Positions 18,591 to 28,133 of a stretch of 32,000 bases of DNA are shown one piece after another. Source of the DNA: Candidatus Thorarchaeota archaeon. GTDB taxonomy: Archaea; Asgardarchaeota; Heimdallarchaeia; Hodarchaeales; Hodarchaeaceae. A model generated the notes under the pieces. It was given only the letters and a program-made list of their open reading frames with translations. It was not told the origin of the DNA and ran no database searches. The translations under genes were made by a program, and so were the position numbers. The stretch spans positions 110,193-142,192 of the forward strand of contig JBHLRO010000004.1 of the NCBI GenBank assembly GCA_048882505.1. The letters run 5' to 3'. The first letter of the stretch is position 1; each line of letters opens with the position of its first letter.

Positions 18591-18812
18591 TCAAGGAGCG
18601 GGACACAGCGCAGGTTGAGCTAATTGATCACAGAGCTTACAGTCAACACTTATGGTCGGAACGTGTGATTGAAGTTCGCCTGCAACAACAAGAATGTTAT
18701 AACAAACACAACAGACTTCCAGGTTTCGAGTTATTACCCGAATTAAGGTGTGACAGTTGGGACACTGAACCACGGTCACTTGACTCAACCTTGTAAACCT
18801 AAATACCCCCAT
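18591..18812 (-). CDS. Small Cys-rich protein, putative zinc finger
   Basis: 73 aa with three CxxC motifs (CPNC, CCVC, CKLC), ATG start, no overlap with neighbours, divergent from hflX. Confidence 0.45.
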   Translation of the reverse strand: MGVFRFTRLSQVTVVQCPNCHTLIRVITRNLEVCCVCYNILVVAGELQSHVPTISVDCKLCDQLAQPALCPAP

Positions 18813-18927
18813 TTTCTTTTAAGAACCCAAAATTTCCCCACAATCCTCGGATAATGTCCTGAGGTGATTATTCTCAAGTAATACCCCAAAATCTTAAAAA
18901 AAAACAGGTTGTACGGAGGACAGAATT

Positions 18928-20289
18928 ATGAGAGTTCTGCAGGATTTTGAGGAAGATAAGAAATCGCATCCGAAGGGGGATTGCATCCTATTTCTCCCAC
19001 GAACTACCGATAATGCTCATCAGCTCTACTTGAATCGCGAACTTCGGTTACTCGTGAAATCAGCAAACTATCGTGTCATTTCGGAGCATTTACTACCTGT
19101 CAATGATTCGAATTTCTATTTTTCTTACTTTCGTCTGCAGGAAATCAAATATGACTTAGAGGAAAGTCTTGTTCCTTTAAACATAATAGCTGGCGTCCAT
19201 CTTTCTCCCAAACAGCATATCAATCTGGAGCAGATGTTTCCATATCCCATTTCTGATAAATTCGAACTTGTCCTTGAAATATTCGAGGATCGTGCAATGA
19301 CCGAAGAAGCTAAACTCCAGATTGAATTGGCAGCATTGAGATATGAATCACCCCGAGAGCGTGTTCGCTTAATGCATCAGCTCGGACTTGAAGGCGCGTG
19401 GCATACAGAACGTTCAGGATTTTGGAGTACGGGAGAAAACCCACTGAACGTTTTGGACGCATCTGTGGCCAAGAAAGAGGCACTACTCCGAAAACGACTT
19501 GTCTCCCTAAAAATGCAGCGAGAAACTAAACGGCGATTACGAAAACGGTTTCATCGAGATAGCTTGTACTGCTGTCTGGTTGGGTATACTTCAGCAGGCA
19601 AAAGTACCATTTTAAACCAGCTGACAGGAAGCACCGTAAGCGTAAGTTCACGGCTTTTTGAAACTCTAGATACTCGTGTAAGGAGTTTCAACCTAGATGA
19701 TCTGAAGGTGTTTGTTTCTGATACCATTGGATTTTTGGAGGATCTTCCTACATTTTTGATTGATTCATTTAAGTCGACTTTGGAGGAAGGCTTGGCTGCG
19801 GATCTCCTAATCATGGTGATGGACGGGAGTGATAGCGCTGCCGTGGTTCAGCGAAAAGCGAGACTAATTGATAATACCTTGAATGAAATTTATCCAGAGA
19901 ATAAACGGATTATTGTTCTAAACAAGATTGATTTATTAGAGGACAGTTCAGAGAGGGAACCGTTAAAGAATCGCATTAATGTTCTCGAAACAGAATTTCC
20001 AGGAGTTCAAACCGTACCCTTATCAGCTACTCGGGATATCAAGCCCTTGATTGAAGCAATAGGACAATACCGTCCCAAAAATCTGTATCGATTTAGGTTC
20101 CCTCCGCACCCCAAGTTTCGGGCCTTTTGTCATGAAACCATAAGTGTCCAAAAAGAACTCTTTTTTCCCGAGGAATGGGTTATGGAGCTATCAACTCGCA
20201 CCCCTAACAAAGGAATAGCTCAGATTCAAAAGAAAAGTAAAACTCTGGGAATTGAGCTTCATATAGAAGAAATTTCGCAAGTTCGTTGA
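18928..20289 (+). CDS. hflX: Ribosome-associated GTPase HflX
   Basis: EAKLQIELAALRY, G1 GYTSAGKST, G2 LFETLDT, G3 DTIGF, G4 NKID. GGAGG upstream of the ATG. Confidence 0.93.
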   Translation: MRVLQDFEEDKKSHPKGDCILFLPRTTDNAHQLYLNRELRLLVKSANYRVISEHLLPVNDSNFYFSYFRLQEIKYDLEESLVPLNIIAGVHLSPKQHINLEQMFPYPISDKFELVLEIFEDRAMTEEAKLQIELAALRYESPRERVRLMHQLGLEGAWHTERSGFWSTGENPLNVLDASVAKKEALLRKRLVSLKMQRETKRRLRKRFHRDSLYCCLVGYTSAGKSTILNQLTGSTVSVSSRLFETLDTRVRSFNLDDLKVFVSDTIGFLEDLPTFLIDSFKSTLEEGLAADLLIMVMDGSDSAAVVQRKARLIDNTLNEIYPENKRIIVLNKIDLLEDSSEREPLKNRINVLETEFPGVQTVPLSATRDIKPLIEAIGQYRPKNLYRFRFPPHPKFRAFCHETISVQKELFFPEEWVMELSTRTPNKGIAQIQKKSKTLGIELHIEEISQVR

Positions 20290-20305
20290 TTAGGAGGTGA
20301 ATCCT

Positions 20306-21475
20306 TTGGAATCGACCGTCAGAATTTCAACCGTGGTTCTTTCCCTATTCCTTTTTATTCACGGTCTGTTTCTCGCCCACGGGATTTCACCTTTGTTTAT
20401 GAGTTTTGATACCCAATGGCACCTGAAAATGGTCGGAGTCGAGGCCGCGTGGAATTACACGCAGGGATCGCCCGCCATTGTGGTTGCCATCATTGATTCT
20501 GGTGTTGATCTCGACCATCCCGATCTTTTCAATCAAACGTGGACAAATCCAGGGGAAATAGCTGGAAATGGTTTAGATGATGATGACAATGGGTACGTCG
20601 ATGATGTTAATGGCTGGGATTTTCGAGATGATGATAATGATCCAAGCCCAGGACATCCCCATGGTACAAAGGTTGCCGGGATTTTGGCTGCGGATGATGA
20701 CAGTGATATAAGTGTTGGAATCGCCCCTGAGATCCGAATTATGCCTATACGATTTCTTGATGATAATAACAAGTTCTGGGATACAGATTGGAATATGTTC
20801 ATTGATGCCGTAAACTATGCTACTGATAATGGAGCAGACGTCATTCACCTATCAATTCAGGTGGGTACCTTTTCTACCCCTCCCCAAGCGTTCCATGAGG
20901 CTATACTTCGGGCTTACAATATCGGGATTCCCATAGTAAGCGTAACTGGAAATAATGAAAATCAAGTCACTTATCCAGGAAACTACTCCGAGGTTATTGC
21001 TGTATCTGCCGTCACATCATCCCAAGAAATAGCTTCATTCTCTGCAAAAGGAGATCAGAATGAGATTTGTGCGCCCGGCGTTGATATTCCTACTATCAAA
21101 CCAAACTCAAACTTGACTGAAAATGATTCCGGTACCTCCTTTGCAGCTCCACTTGTCTCAGGAACAATCGCACTAATGTTGTCATTGAATAAGACCTTAA
21201 CAATATCTATTATACGCGAGATTTTACATGCAACAAGCACTGATCTCGGATCATTGGGAAGAGATCCAGATTATGGATACGGTTTGCTTAATGCCTCAGC
21301 AGCTCTCGATACTGTGATGCAAGATCATAATGGCACCATTCCGAGTTTTACAGTTCCAAATCAACCTTTGGAGAGTACTAAAAGTACTTCAGGAGTTGAT
21401 TTATCCATATTAGAAATTTTCCCCTTAATTTTGGCAACCCTTGTTTTTTTTGGAAGCAAAAAGAAGAAATCGTAG
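20306..21475 (+). CDS. Subtilisin-like (S8) serine protease with N-terminal signal/anchor and C-terminal membrane anchor
   Basis: Catalytic triad IIDSGVD / HGTKVAG / SGTSFAAP, oxyanion Asn (TGN), Ca-loop DDDDNGYVDDVNGWDF. The ORF-track GTG 20297 lies inside the Shine-Dalgarno AGGAGGTGA (20292-20300), so in-frame TTG 20306 is the likelier start. Confidence 0.93.
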   Translation: MESTVRISTVVLSLFLFIHGLFLAHGISPLFMSFDTQWHLKMVGVEAAWNYTQGSPAIVVAIIDSGVDLDHPDLFNQTWTNPGEIAGNGLDDDDNGYVDDVNGWDFRDDDNDPSPGHPHGTKVAGILAADDDSDISVGIAPEIRIMPIRFLDDNNKFWDTDWNMFIDAVNYATDNGADVIHLSIQVGTFSTPPQAFHEAILRAYNIGIPIVSVTGNNENQVTYPGNYSEVIAVSAVTSSQEIASFSAKGDQNEICAPGVDIPTIKPNSNLTENDSGTSFAAPLVSGTIALMLSLNKTLTISIIREILHATSTDLGSLGRDPDYGYGLLNASAALDTVMQDHNGTIPSFTVPNQPLESTKSTSGVDLSILEIFPLILATLVFFGSKKKKS

Positions 21476-21501
21476 CAGTGGAATTCTTGATAACTTTTTT
21501 A

Positions 21502-22674
21502 TCAGTTCGTAATGCGTTTTACTTCCGTGATTAGGTCTCGTATTTCGAGTAAATCTGAATCTGGTGGAATAACCTTTTTCTTAACTCCTTTTCCAAGAGG
21601 AACGGTCTCGATAAACTCTCCCGCCAATCGTACCATCTGCCCAAAATTGCCTTGATCGATCAGTTTTGCAGCATGAATGCCTAATCGAAGCCCTAGGATT
21701 CGGTCAAACGCATTGGGTGAGCCTGCACGCATTGTGTGACCAAGAATAACATCACGAACTTCGTATTCAGCATCTTCTTGTTTGAATGCCTCCTTCAAAT
21801 CTTCACGGTGTTCTAGTTCTTTCACAAGAATATTGGAAATGCTTAATTTGGCCAATAAGGGGTTCCCAAAATCATCTTTTGGGAGATTGGCTATCATTTC
21901 TTCCGATATCGTCTTAAAGTCTCGTCTAAGAGATTCTTGGCTAGGAACGGCCCCTTCACTGCATGCTATGATATGATAATTGCGGCCTGCTCTCACTCTT
22001 TGTAATAACACCTGAATGAGGTCTTTCTCTAGGTCAAAGGGTTGCTCGGGGATCAATATTATATCTGCGCCCGTTGAGATTCCGCTTACTAAGGTCAGCC
22101 ATCCTGCATCCCTGCCCATCACCTGTACTACAAAAATCCGTTGGTGGGATCGTGCAGTGGTAGAAATATTGTCCATAGTGTCCGAAGCCAATTGAACTGC
22201 CGACCAGAATCCAAAAGTATAGTCTGTGTTTGACAGATCGTTATCAATTGTCTTTGGAACCCCTATAATATTGGCATTGGCATAACGATGCATAGCTGCG
22301 GCCACGCCCAGAGTATCGTCCCCTCCAATAGTAATTAAAGCGTCTATACCAAGGACCTCAAACTGCTTTGCCATTGTCTCCGCAGTTTCTTTTATTGCTT
22401 GATCTCTCTTTATTGGATCCTTTATCTTCTTGGCATCTTTGTAAGGATTTGTCCGTGACGTATATAGGCATGTTCCCCCCACTTTATGCAAATCGAGAAA
22501 ATTATTTACCTTTAGTTCTCGGGTGCGGTTCTCAAGAAATCCTTTCCATCCCTTTTCAATGCCGATTACAGAATGGCCGTCTTTTATGGCCTTCAACAGG
22601 ATTCCGTAAATGACACTATTCAACCCAGGACAATCCCCGCCCCCTGTTAGTACTCCTACTTTCCTTTTTGGCAT
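21502..22674 (-). CDS. pfp: PfkA-family 6-phosphofructokinase, predicted pyrophosphate-dependent
   Basis: GGDCPGLN, GGDDT (Asp at the position-104 equivalent), PKTIDND (Lys at the position-124 equivalent), MGRDAG, LGHTMRAG. Confidence 0.9.
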   Translation of the reverse strand: MPKRKVGVLTGGGDCPGLNSVIYGILLKAIKDGHSVIGIEKGWKGFLENRTRELKVNNFLDLHKVGGTCLYTSRTNPYKDAKKIKDPIKRDQAIKETAETMAKQFEVLGIDALITIGGDDTLGVAAAMHRYANANIIGVPKTIDNDLSNTDYTFGFWSAVQLASDTMDNISTTARSHQRIFVVQVMGRDAGWLTLVSGISTGADIILIPEQPFDLEKDLIQVLLQRVRAGRNYHIIACSEGAVPSQESLRRDFKTISEEMIANLPKDDFGNPLLAKLSISNILVKELEHREDLKEAFKQEDAEYEVRDVILGHTMRAGSPNAFDRILGLRLGIHAAKLIDQGNFGQMVRLAGEFIETVPLGKGVKKKVIPPDSDLLEIRDLITEVKRITN

Positions 22675-22763
22675 AATATCGCACCTGTCGACCCAGCAAT
22701 TTAGGTGTTCTTATGATCGGGGAGAGTGGCCTCCCCTAATCAGGCATTCAGATAAATTCTGAA

Positions 22764-23576
22764 TTATCGTAGCTTACCGTAACAATGAGGACAGAAGAAG
22801 GCCGTTGGTGAAACTTTCTTTCCACAGAACTTACAGTCAATCTGACCCGCGGATGCGGGCGCAGCCTTTCTAACTACTTTTCGCTGAACTGTCTTAGGCT
22901 GTTTGGATGATCTAATTGAGAATCTAGACTTTTTGGATTCTTTCGGTGCGTCGCGCGTTCCACGAGCACCACCACCCCATTGAAGTGTTGGTTCCCATCC
23001 TGGTGTTACTGCTGTAGGTTTACGAACTCTTGTTTTTCGGCCTCGCATAAAACCGAAGGCTGTCATGATGAGACCTACAATGAAGATAAGTCCTGGTAGA
23101 ACCTGTCCCCATAAAGAATAAAACACTTGGACACGCCGATCCTTCAATTCCAAGGTATTCGAACCTGTATTCTGAACATTAAGAGAAATGGAGAAAGAAG
23201 ATGATGTATAACTCGGAGGAACTGTACCAGTCAGTACGTACCGTATATCTGTTCCACTAGCGCCAGTTAATTGACTCACCTGGCCGAGGGTTCCTGAACC
23301 AATGGCTGCGTCGATAGTTATCCATGCATCACAAGAAATCGCGTCAGTTGAACTTAAAATAAATTCTACTCTCACGTTTACAAATAACGGGTGACTATTA
23401 CTGATTCCTAAACCCTCGCTTGTACTAGCACCCACCCCCATCGGTATAATGTTTGTTATAAACGGACCACTCCCTGCCATCAGAGGGAGGGTCATTAATT
23501 GGAATGTGTTAATGATAAATGGAATAAAACCAATCATAGCTAAAATTAACCCGGCAATCGTCAGCCTCGACACCAT
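22764..23576 (-). CDS. Two-TM membrane protein with basic cytoplasmic linker and C-terminal double zinc ribbon
   Basis: TM1 LTIAGLILAMIGFIPFII, beta-rich S/T/G loop, TM2 VLPGLIFIVGLIMTAFGF, K/R-rich tail, CKFC...FCPHC. Start placed at ATG 23576. Confidence 0.8.
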   Translation of the reverse strand: MVSRLTIAGLILAMIGFIPFIINTFQLMTLPLMAGSGPFITNIIPMGVGASTSEGLGISNSHPLFVNVRVEFILSSTDAISCDAWITIDAAIGSGTLGQVSQLTGASGTDIRYVLTGTVPPSYTSSSFSISLNVQNTGSNTLELKDRRVQVFYSLWGQVLPGLIFIVGLIMTAFGFMRGRKTRVRKPTAVTPGWEPTLQWGGGARGTRDAPKESKKSRFSIRSSKQPKTVQRKVVRKAAPASAGQIDCKFCGKKVSPTAFFCPHCYGKLR

Positions 23577-23868
23577 ATGTTTACACCATGGATTGAATTT
23601 TCTCTCTGTACACAACTTATGTGGATAGTAAAAATCTTTGTTGAAATTTCACCCTTTTATGGATTTATTTAACTTTTTGCAATTCGGGTTTTTGGCTGCC
23701 CATTTGGAAGGCTAAACCCTTATTACTCGAACTCCTTTATATGCAATCCTGTATAGAATCGAGGAAGTTACTCCTGTATTAGATCTCATGAAATCCATTG
23801 AATATCCATTATAGATAATTCAGAATAATCAAACTAGGCCATAGTTGCGGAACAATGAGACCTCACCG

Positions 23869-25233
23869 TTATCCAGCATTATCCATAACTGCCATGAACT
23901 GTTTACTCCAACTAAGAAATTGATCGGGGCGGCTTGGATAGTTATCGATGATTGGTTTAAGCTTGGAAGTGGTGTGTGCTACACGCCCAAGTTCGCGGAG
24001 GATATTGTATTTGGGAAACAACCGTACTAATAGGCGTATGATGTCTTTACGAGAGGGTCCTTTTCCTTCATTTAACTCCAAAAGTGCGTCTTTTGAAATA
24101 ACTTGCCGTTTAAACATAAACTCTAAACCGCTCACACCGATCTGGCACAAGGCATTAGTAAATACCTGCGTTTTACATTGTTGAGATCCGAAATGGTCCA
24201 TAACTGCCTTATTGTATGACCAAAGTCTATCTTGACTGGTATTTCTTGTTTCAATAGCATCTGCTGCCGTCATCCCTGCATAATAGCCTGCTATGAGCGC
24301 TGGCCCGTGTCCCTCCGCTGTAAAAGGATCCACATGGTGGGCGGCATCCCCTGCAGTCAGGAACCCGTTTGCTACTGCATTTAATAACGGGTATCGAACT
24401 GGTATTTGGTACCCCTGCGCATGGTCAATTGTGAATTGGTCGGAAGTATAATAGTCTCGTTCTAAAATGCGCTGATAGAGATTACGTGTGGATTCGCTTA
24501 TCTTCATTTCGCGGTAGTAACATATTCCTAAATTCAATCTATAATCTCCCTCAGAAAACACCCAAAAGTAACCAGGTATTGGAATATCATCTTTATAAAT
24601 TAATGCAATCGTATTAGCGTAATCGTGATTTTCTGATCCATCTTTTAAATCCACGATCTCTCGGTAGGAGACCATAACGTCTTCATTGCGCATTCCAGGC
24701 TCTAAGAGTGGGAATTTATCATGTGGCAGGTTCTTTCGAACGGTACACTTATATCCAGAACAGTCGATGGTAACCTTTGCTTTAATCTCCCCTAGAGAAT
24801 TGTTTTTCAAATCCTTGAATTTTACTCCTAGTACCGAAGCGCCTTTTACTAGAGGATTTTTCACCCATATCCTATCTTTTACTTCTACTCCAGCTTTTTC
24901 GGCAGCTAGCAACAATCTTTGACCATAGTTATGTCTATTTACAACGTACCCCAATTTTTCTCCCTCTATCGGGAACCCCATATCGCGCGCTTGAATTAAC
25001 AGCGTTTTAACTATGTCACTTACCTCGTTTCCGTGTGGAAATTCTATTCCAAGTTTTTCTCTCAAGAACTTTATTGGTTCTATGTCCAAAGCATCTCCAC
25101 AAACTTTGTTACCAATCTCCTCATGAGGTTTGCTATCGACTAGAATTACCTGCCTGTCAGCGTTCGCTGCGGTCATGGCCGCAATGACGCCCGCGGGCCC
25201 CCCACCGACCACAAGAACTTCTGTCTCGATCAT
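23869..25233 (-). CDS. Geranylgeranyl reductase-family FAD oxidoreductase (DGGGPL reductase-like)
   Basis: VLVVGGGPAG, KVCGD, GYFWVFS, GDAAHHVDPFTAEG. Start placed at ATG 25233 (alternatives 25248, 25269). Confidence 0.88.
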   Translation of the reverse strand: MIETEVLVVGGGPAGVIAAMTAANADRQVILVDSKPHEEIGNKVCGDALDIEPIKFLREKLGIEFPHGNEVSDIVKTLLIQARDMGFPIEGEKLGYVVNRHNYGQRLLLAAEKAGVEVKDRIWVKNPLVKGASVLGVKFKDLKNNSLGEIKAKVTIDCSGYKCTVRKNLPHDKFPLLEPGMRNEDVMVSYREIVDLKDGSENHDYANTIALIYKDDIPIPGYFWVFSEGDYRLNLGICYYREMKISESTRNLYQRILERDYYTSDQFTIDHAQGYQIPVRYPLLNAVANGFLTAGDAAHHVDPFTAEGHGPALIAGYYAGMTAADAIETRNTSQDRLWSYNKAVMDHFGSQQCKTQVFTNALCQIGVSGLEFMFKRQVISKDALLELNEGKGPSRKDIIRLLVRLFPKYNILRELGRVAHTTSKLKPIIDNYPSRPDQFLSWSKQFMAVMDNAG

Positions 25234-25727
25234 ATTAGCCGCATCCATTCCATAGTAGGACGCTAACACCCAGATTAAAAACTCTCAGCTACTGATCTAG
25301 AATCATCTTTTCAAGGATAGGTTTTAAACAGGTAATCTGTAACCCAAAATGCATCTAGGACGCATTTGTGGCCATCGCGTCACAAATGAATGAAACGGAA
25401 CATTTCGAATATTAGATGGATCAGCAGAGGAGTCGATTCGGGGATAATTCCGAGATATATCCTGATTCTCCACTCTACAGAATAGGGTTTTCGTTACACT
25501 TGTTAGGAGTACTAGGCCGTATTAATTATCCTAATTGACGTTGAAAAATCGCTATTTTAAGGTGAATTCTTGGAAACGCCTATTTTGATCAAATTTAAGC
25601 CTAAAATCACAATTTTAAGCATTTATCATATTGATTCCCTACCGTTATTTCAAAATTATTTAAAAAGAAACCATTAAATAAAGAAACCTCAAGAATTTCT
25701 TTCATCAAACTTGTTCGGGGTAAACTT

Positions 25728-26882
25728 GTGATACCACCAAAACAAATAGCCAGCAAATTCCTGATTGCGATCCTTCTATTGCTCTTTTTATTTCCTTTAA
25801 ATGTGAACCACGGGGCTAATTTTCAAAGTATTCAGAGGATTGCCGTTATAATTGATACATCTCAATTTTATGATAGTACATTTATTGATGATCTTTTAAA
25901 TGGGTTTGATGCGGTGAATGAAACTTTTGGTATCGATTATGATCCTTTTTTACTCACAAATTATACCGAAATTTCCCGTTCCCCCTATATTGTCAGTTAC
26001 ACCCACAATCAGACAACCACGAACCATTCGCTTCTAGCAAAACAATTAATCAATTCTGGGCAATATGATCTTATCGTCATCGCTGGTTATACCCTTAGAT
26101 GGGGGTTTTTCAATATATCCGATTTTACTCAGCCAAATTTTCTCTTCTACGACCTTTCTGGAGAGGTACCGTATTACACGGGGGAGAATATGCCGAGTAA
26201 TTTGGCTATTGTGAGTTTTCGGGAAAATGAGCTAGGATACATGGCAGGAGCATTAACCATGGCCATTTTTAATCCAACCAGAGTCGCAATGGTCGGTACT
26301 TATCTACGGGATCCTCGGTCAAACCAGTTACTTGCAGGATTCCAAAGTGCTGTTTTCCGTAACGTGACGGAGATTGATGAGGCACGTATCGACTTCATTG
26401 GCCACTGGGCTAATGCTACAACCGCAGCTCAAGTCGGTAATAACCTAAAATCCGAGTTTGAAGTCCTGTTCGCTGGAGTACAAAGTAATAATACAAATGG
26501 TCTCCGACAAGGATTCACTGGACCTGAAAAACATATTGTCTCTGTCGATTCCACCCGCCCTTTTGGTGTTATGAAAAATAATACGAAAACACTTATGTTT
26601 ATGTTTGATCTTTACAATCAGACTGGTTTCTTCGGAGGTAAGGTATCTTTTGGGATTGAAGATGACGTTTTTTATCCCACCGATTGGGAAGATCCCTTGG
26701 CAGTCAACAAAACCGTGAACCAGATATATCAAGAGGTCGTAGAAGACGATCTGATCATACCCACAAATTTCAGAACTGCCTCGAATACACCAGGCCTTGA
26801 TTGGTTTATGATGTTTGGCACAATGATTGTTATCGCCGCTCTAGTTTCCTTACGTCCGCGTCTATCAAAAAAGGATAGGTGA
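25728..26882 (+). CDS. BMP/PnrA-family (nucleoside) substrate-binding protein with C-terminal membrane anchor
   Basis: DLIVIAGY, FRENELGYMAGAL, AGFQSAV, IGHWANATTAAQV, VLFAG. N-terminal signal helix; C-terminal TPG + hydrophobic helix + basic tail. Confidence 0.75.
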   Translation: MIPPKQIASKFLIAILLLLFLFPLNVNHGANFQSIQRIAVIIDTSQFYDSTFIDDLLNGFDAVNETFGIDYDPFLLTNYTEISRSPYIVSYTHNQTTTNHSLLAKQLINSGQYDLIVIAGYTLRWGFFNISDFTQPNFLFYDLSGEVPYYTGENMPSNLAIVSFRENELGYMAGALTMAIFNPTRVAMVGTYLRDPRSNQLLAGFQSAVFRNVTEIDEARIDFIGHWANATTAAQVGNNLKSEFEVLFAGVQSNNTNGLRQGFTGPEKHIVSVDSTRPFGVMKNNTKTLMFMFDLYNQTGFFGGKVSFGIEDDVFYPTDWEDPLAVNKTVNQIYQEVVEDDLIIPTNFRTASNTPGLDWFMMFGTMIVIAALVSLRPRLSKKDR

Positions 26883-26891
26883 ATATCCCAC

Positions 26892-27698
26892 GTGTCTGCT
26901 GGGGAAACCTCAGCTATCGGTATCCTTGGGGGATCAGGGTTTTATTCATTCCTCCCCCATCCAACAGCTAAACATATCCCCACTCCGTTTTCATATAAGC
27001 CCGTTACAGTTTTTTACCAATCTTTGAACACGAAAAACGTTTATTTTATCCCACGGCACGGTCAAAAACACACAATTCCGCCTCATAGGATCAACTTCAA
27101 GGCAAATGTTTTTGCACTTAAGGAACTCGGCGTAACCAGAGCTTTGGGAACAGCGGCGGTTGGCGCTATAAATCCCGAGATGCAGCCAGGAGATTTCGTT
27201 GTCATAGACCAATTTATCGACTTTTCTCTTCCATTATCGTTTTTCGATGGCGATCTTATACTGAAGAAGCTCGATGGTTCAGATTTAATGGGAGTCATCC
27301 ATATTGACATGAGTGAACCTTATTGTCCCACCCTGAGGGAGATCTTTATCAAACAACTCAAAGAGTCTCCTAGAAGTCATTTTTCAGGTACATATTTCAG
27401 GACATATGGTCCACGATTTGAAACTCCTGCTGAAATAAATGCCATTAAACGCATGGGCGCTGATCTCGTTGGAATGACAAACCCGTCTGAAGCGATTTTG
27501 TGCCGGGAGCTAGGAATTTGTTATGCCGCCATTTCCGTCGTAACCAATCACGCCGCCGGTTTGCAATCTGAATTAAGTCAGAAAGAGGTCATTGACATCT
27601 TTCAAACACGTCAGGATGAGCTAAAGAACCTGTTTTTTAATGTAATAGAGGCGATAGATCTCAGTATGACCTGCAGTTGCGCAGACCACCTAAGATGA
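26892..27698 (+). CDS. mtnP: MTAP/PNP-family nucleoside phosphorylase (6-oxopurine / methylthioinosine type)
   Basis: GILGGSG, RHG..H.IPPHRINFKAN, GPRFETPAE, DLVGMT, VVTNHAAG. The N-x-AAG form rather than DYD points to 6-oxopurine substrates. AGGTGA upstream of the GTG start. Confidence 0.88.
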   Translation: MSAGETSAIGILGGSGFYSFLPHPTAKHIPTPFSYKPVTVFYQSLNTKNVYFIPRHGQKHTIPPHRINFKANVFALKELGVTRALGTAAVGAINPEMQPGDFVVIDQFIDFSLPLSFFDGDLILKKLDGSDLMGVIHIDMSEPYCPTLREIFIKQLKESPRSHFSGTYFRTYGPRFETPAEINAIKRMGADLVGMTNPSEAILCRELGICYAAISVVTNHAAGLQSELSQKEVIDIFQTRQDELKNLFFNVIEAIDLSMTCSCADHLR

Positions 27699-28133
27699 AA
27701 GTCCCACGCCGTCGTGTTGATGTCAAAGATAAAAGTATGTTCGATTGGTATGTGATCAAACCGTAACAACCCAACTGAAGGATCGTAGATAGAATGGATA
27801 ATTTTAAAGGTTTATGTGAGCCAAAATCATGATGAGAGCTTGATGCCCCCTTCACGAGTTTTGGCCCCGAAGGCAATCTTAACGATAGCGACTCTGTTGT
27901 CATTGGGTGGACTTTATATAACAGTTTTAGCCCGAATCCGGAAGTTCACGTTCTACTTATTGATCATAAACTTCCACTATTCATGCCCTTGCCCATCTGG
28001 TGTTTTATAGCCCTCATGTGTTCTTTCTTTTTGAGTCGAAAATTGGGAATTTTTCTTTCAGTGAATCTTAAGAATTCGGCAAGAAAAAGCCTATTCACAC
28101 CTTGAGAACCCCATTTCATGAAGGAATGGAATT

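Noticed and set aside
25270-25727. Possible ncRNA in the gap between the GGR and BMP genes
   Set aside because: Only 4-bp stems are visible; the length is compatible with two divergent promoters.
27661-28010. ORFs 27661..27903 (-) and 27816..28010 (+)
   Set aside because: They overlap each other, have no motifs or clear RBS, and one overlaps mtnP; not supportable as genes.
27699-28133. SAM riboswitch upstream of metK (GGCCCCGAAGGCAATC loosely resembles the SAM-I core)
   Set aside because: I could not build the P1 helix or the conserved AUC..GAG/GAU elements; the resemblance is too weak without an Infernal scan.
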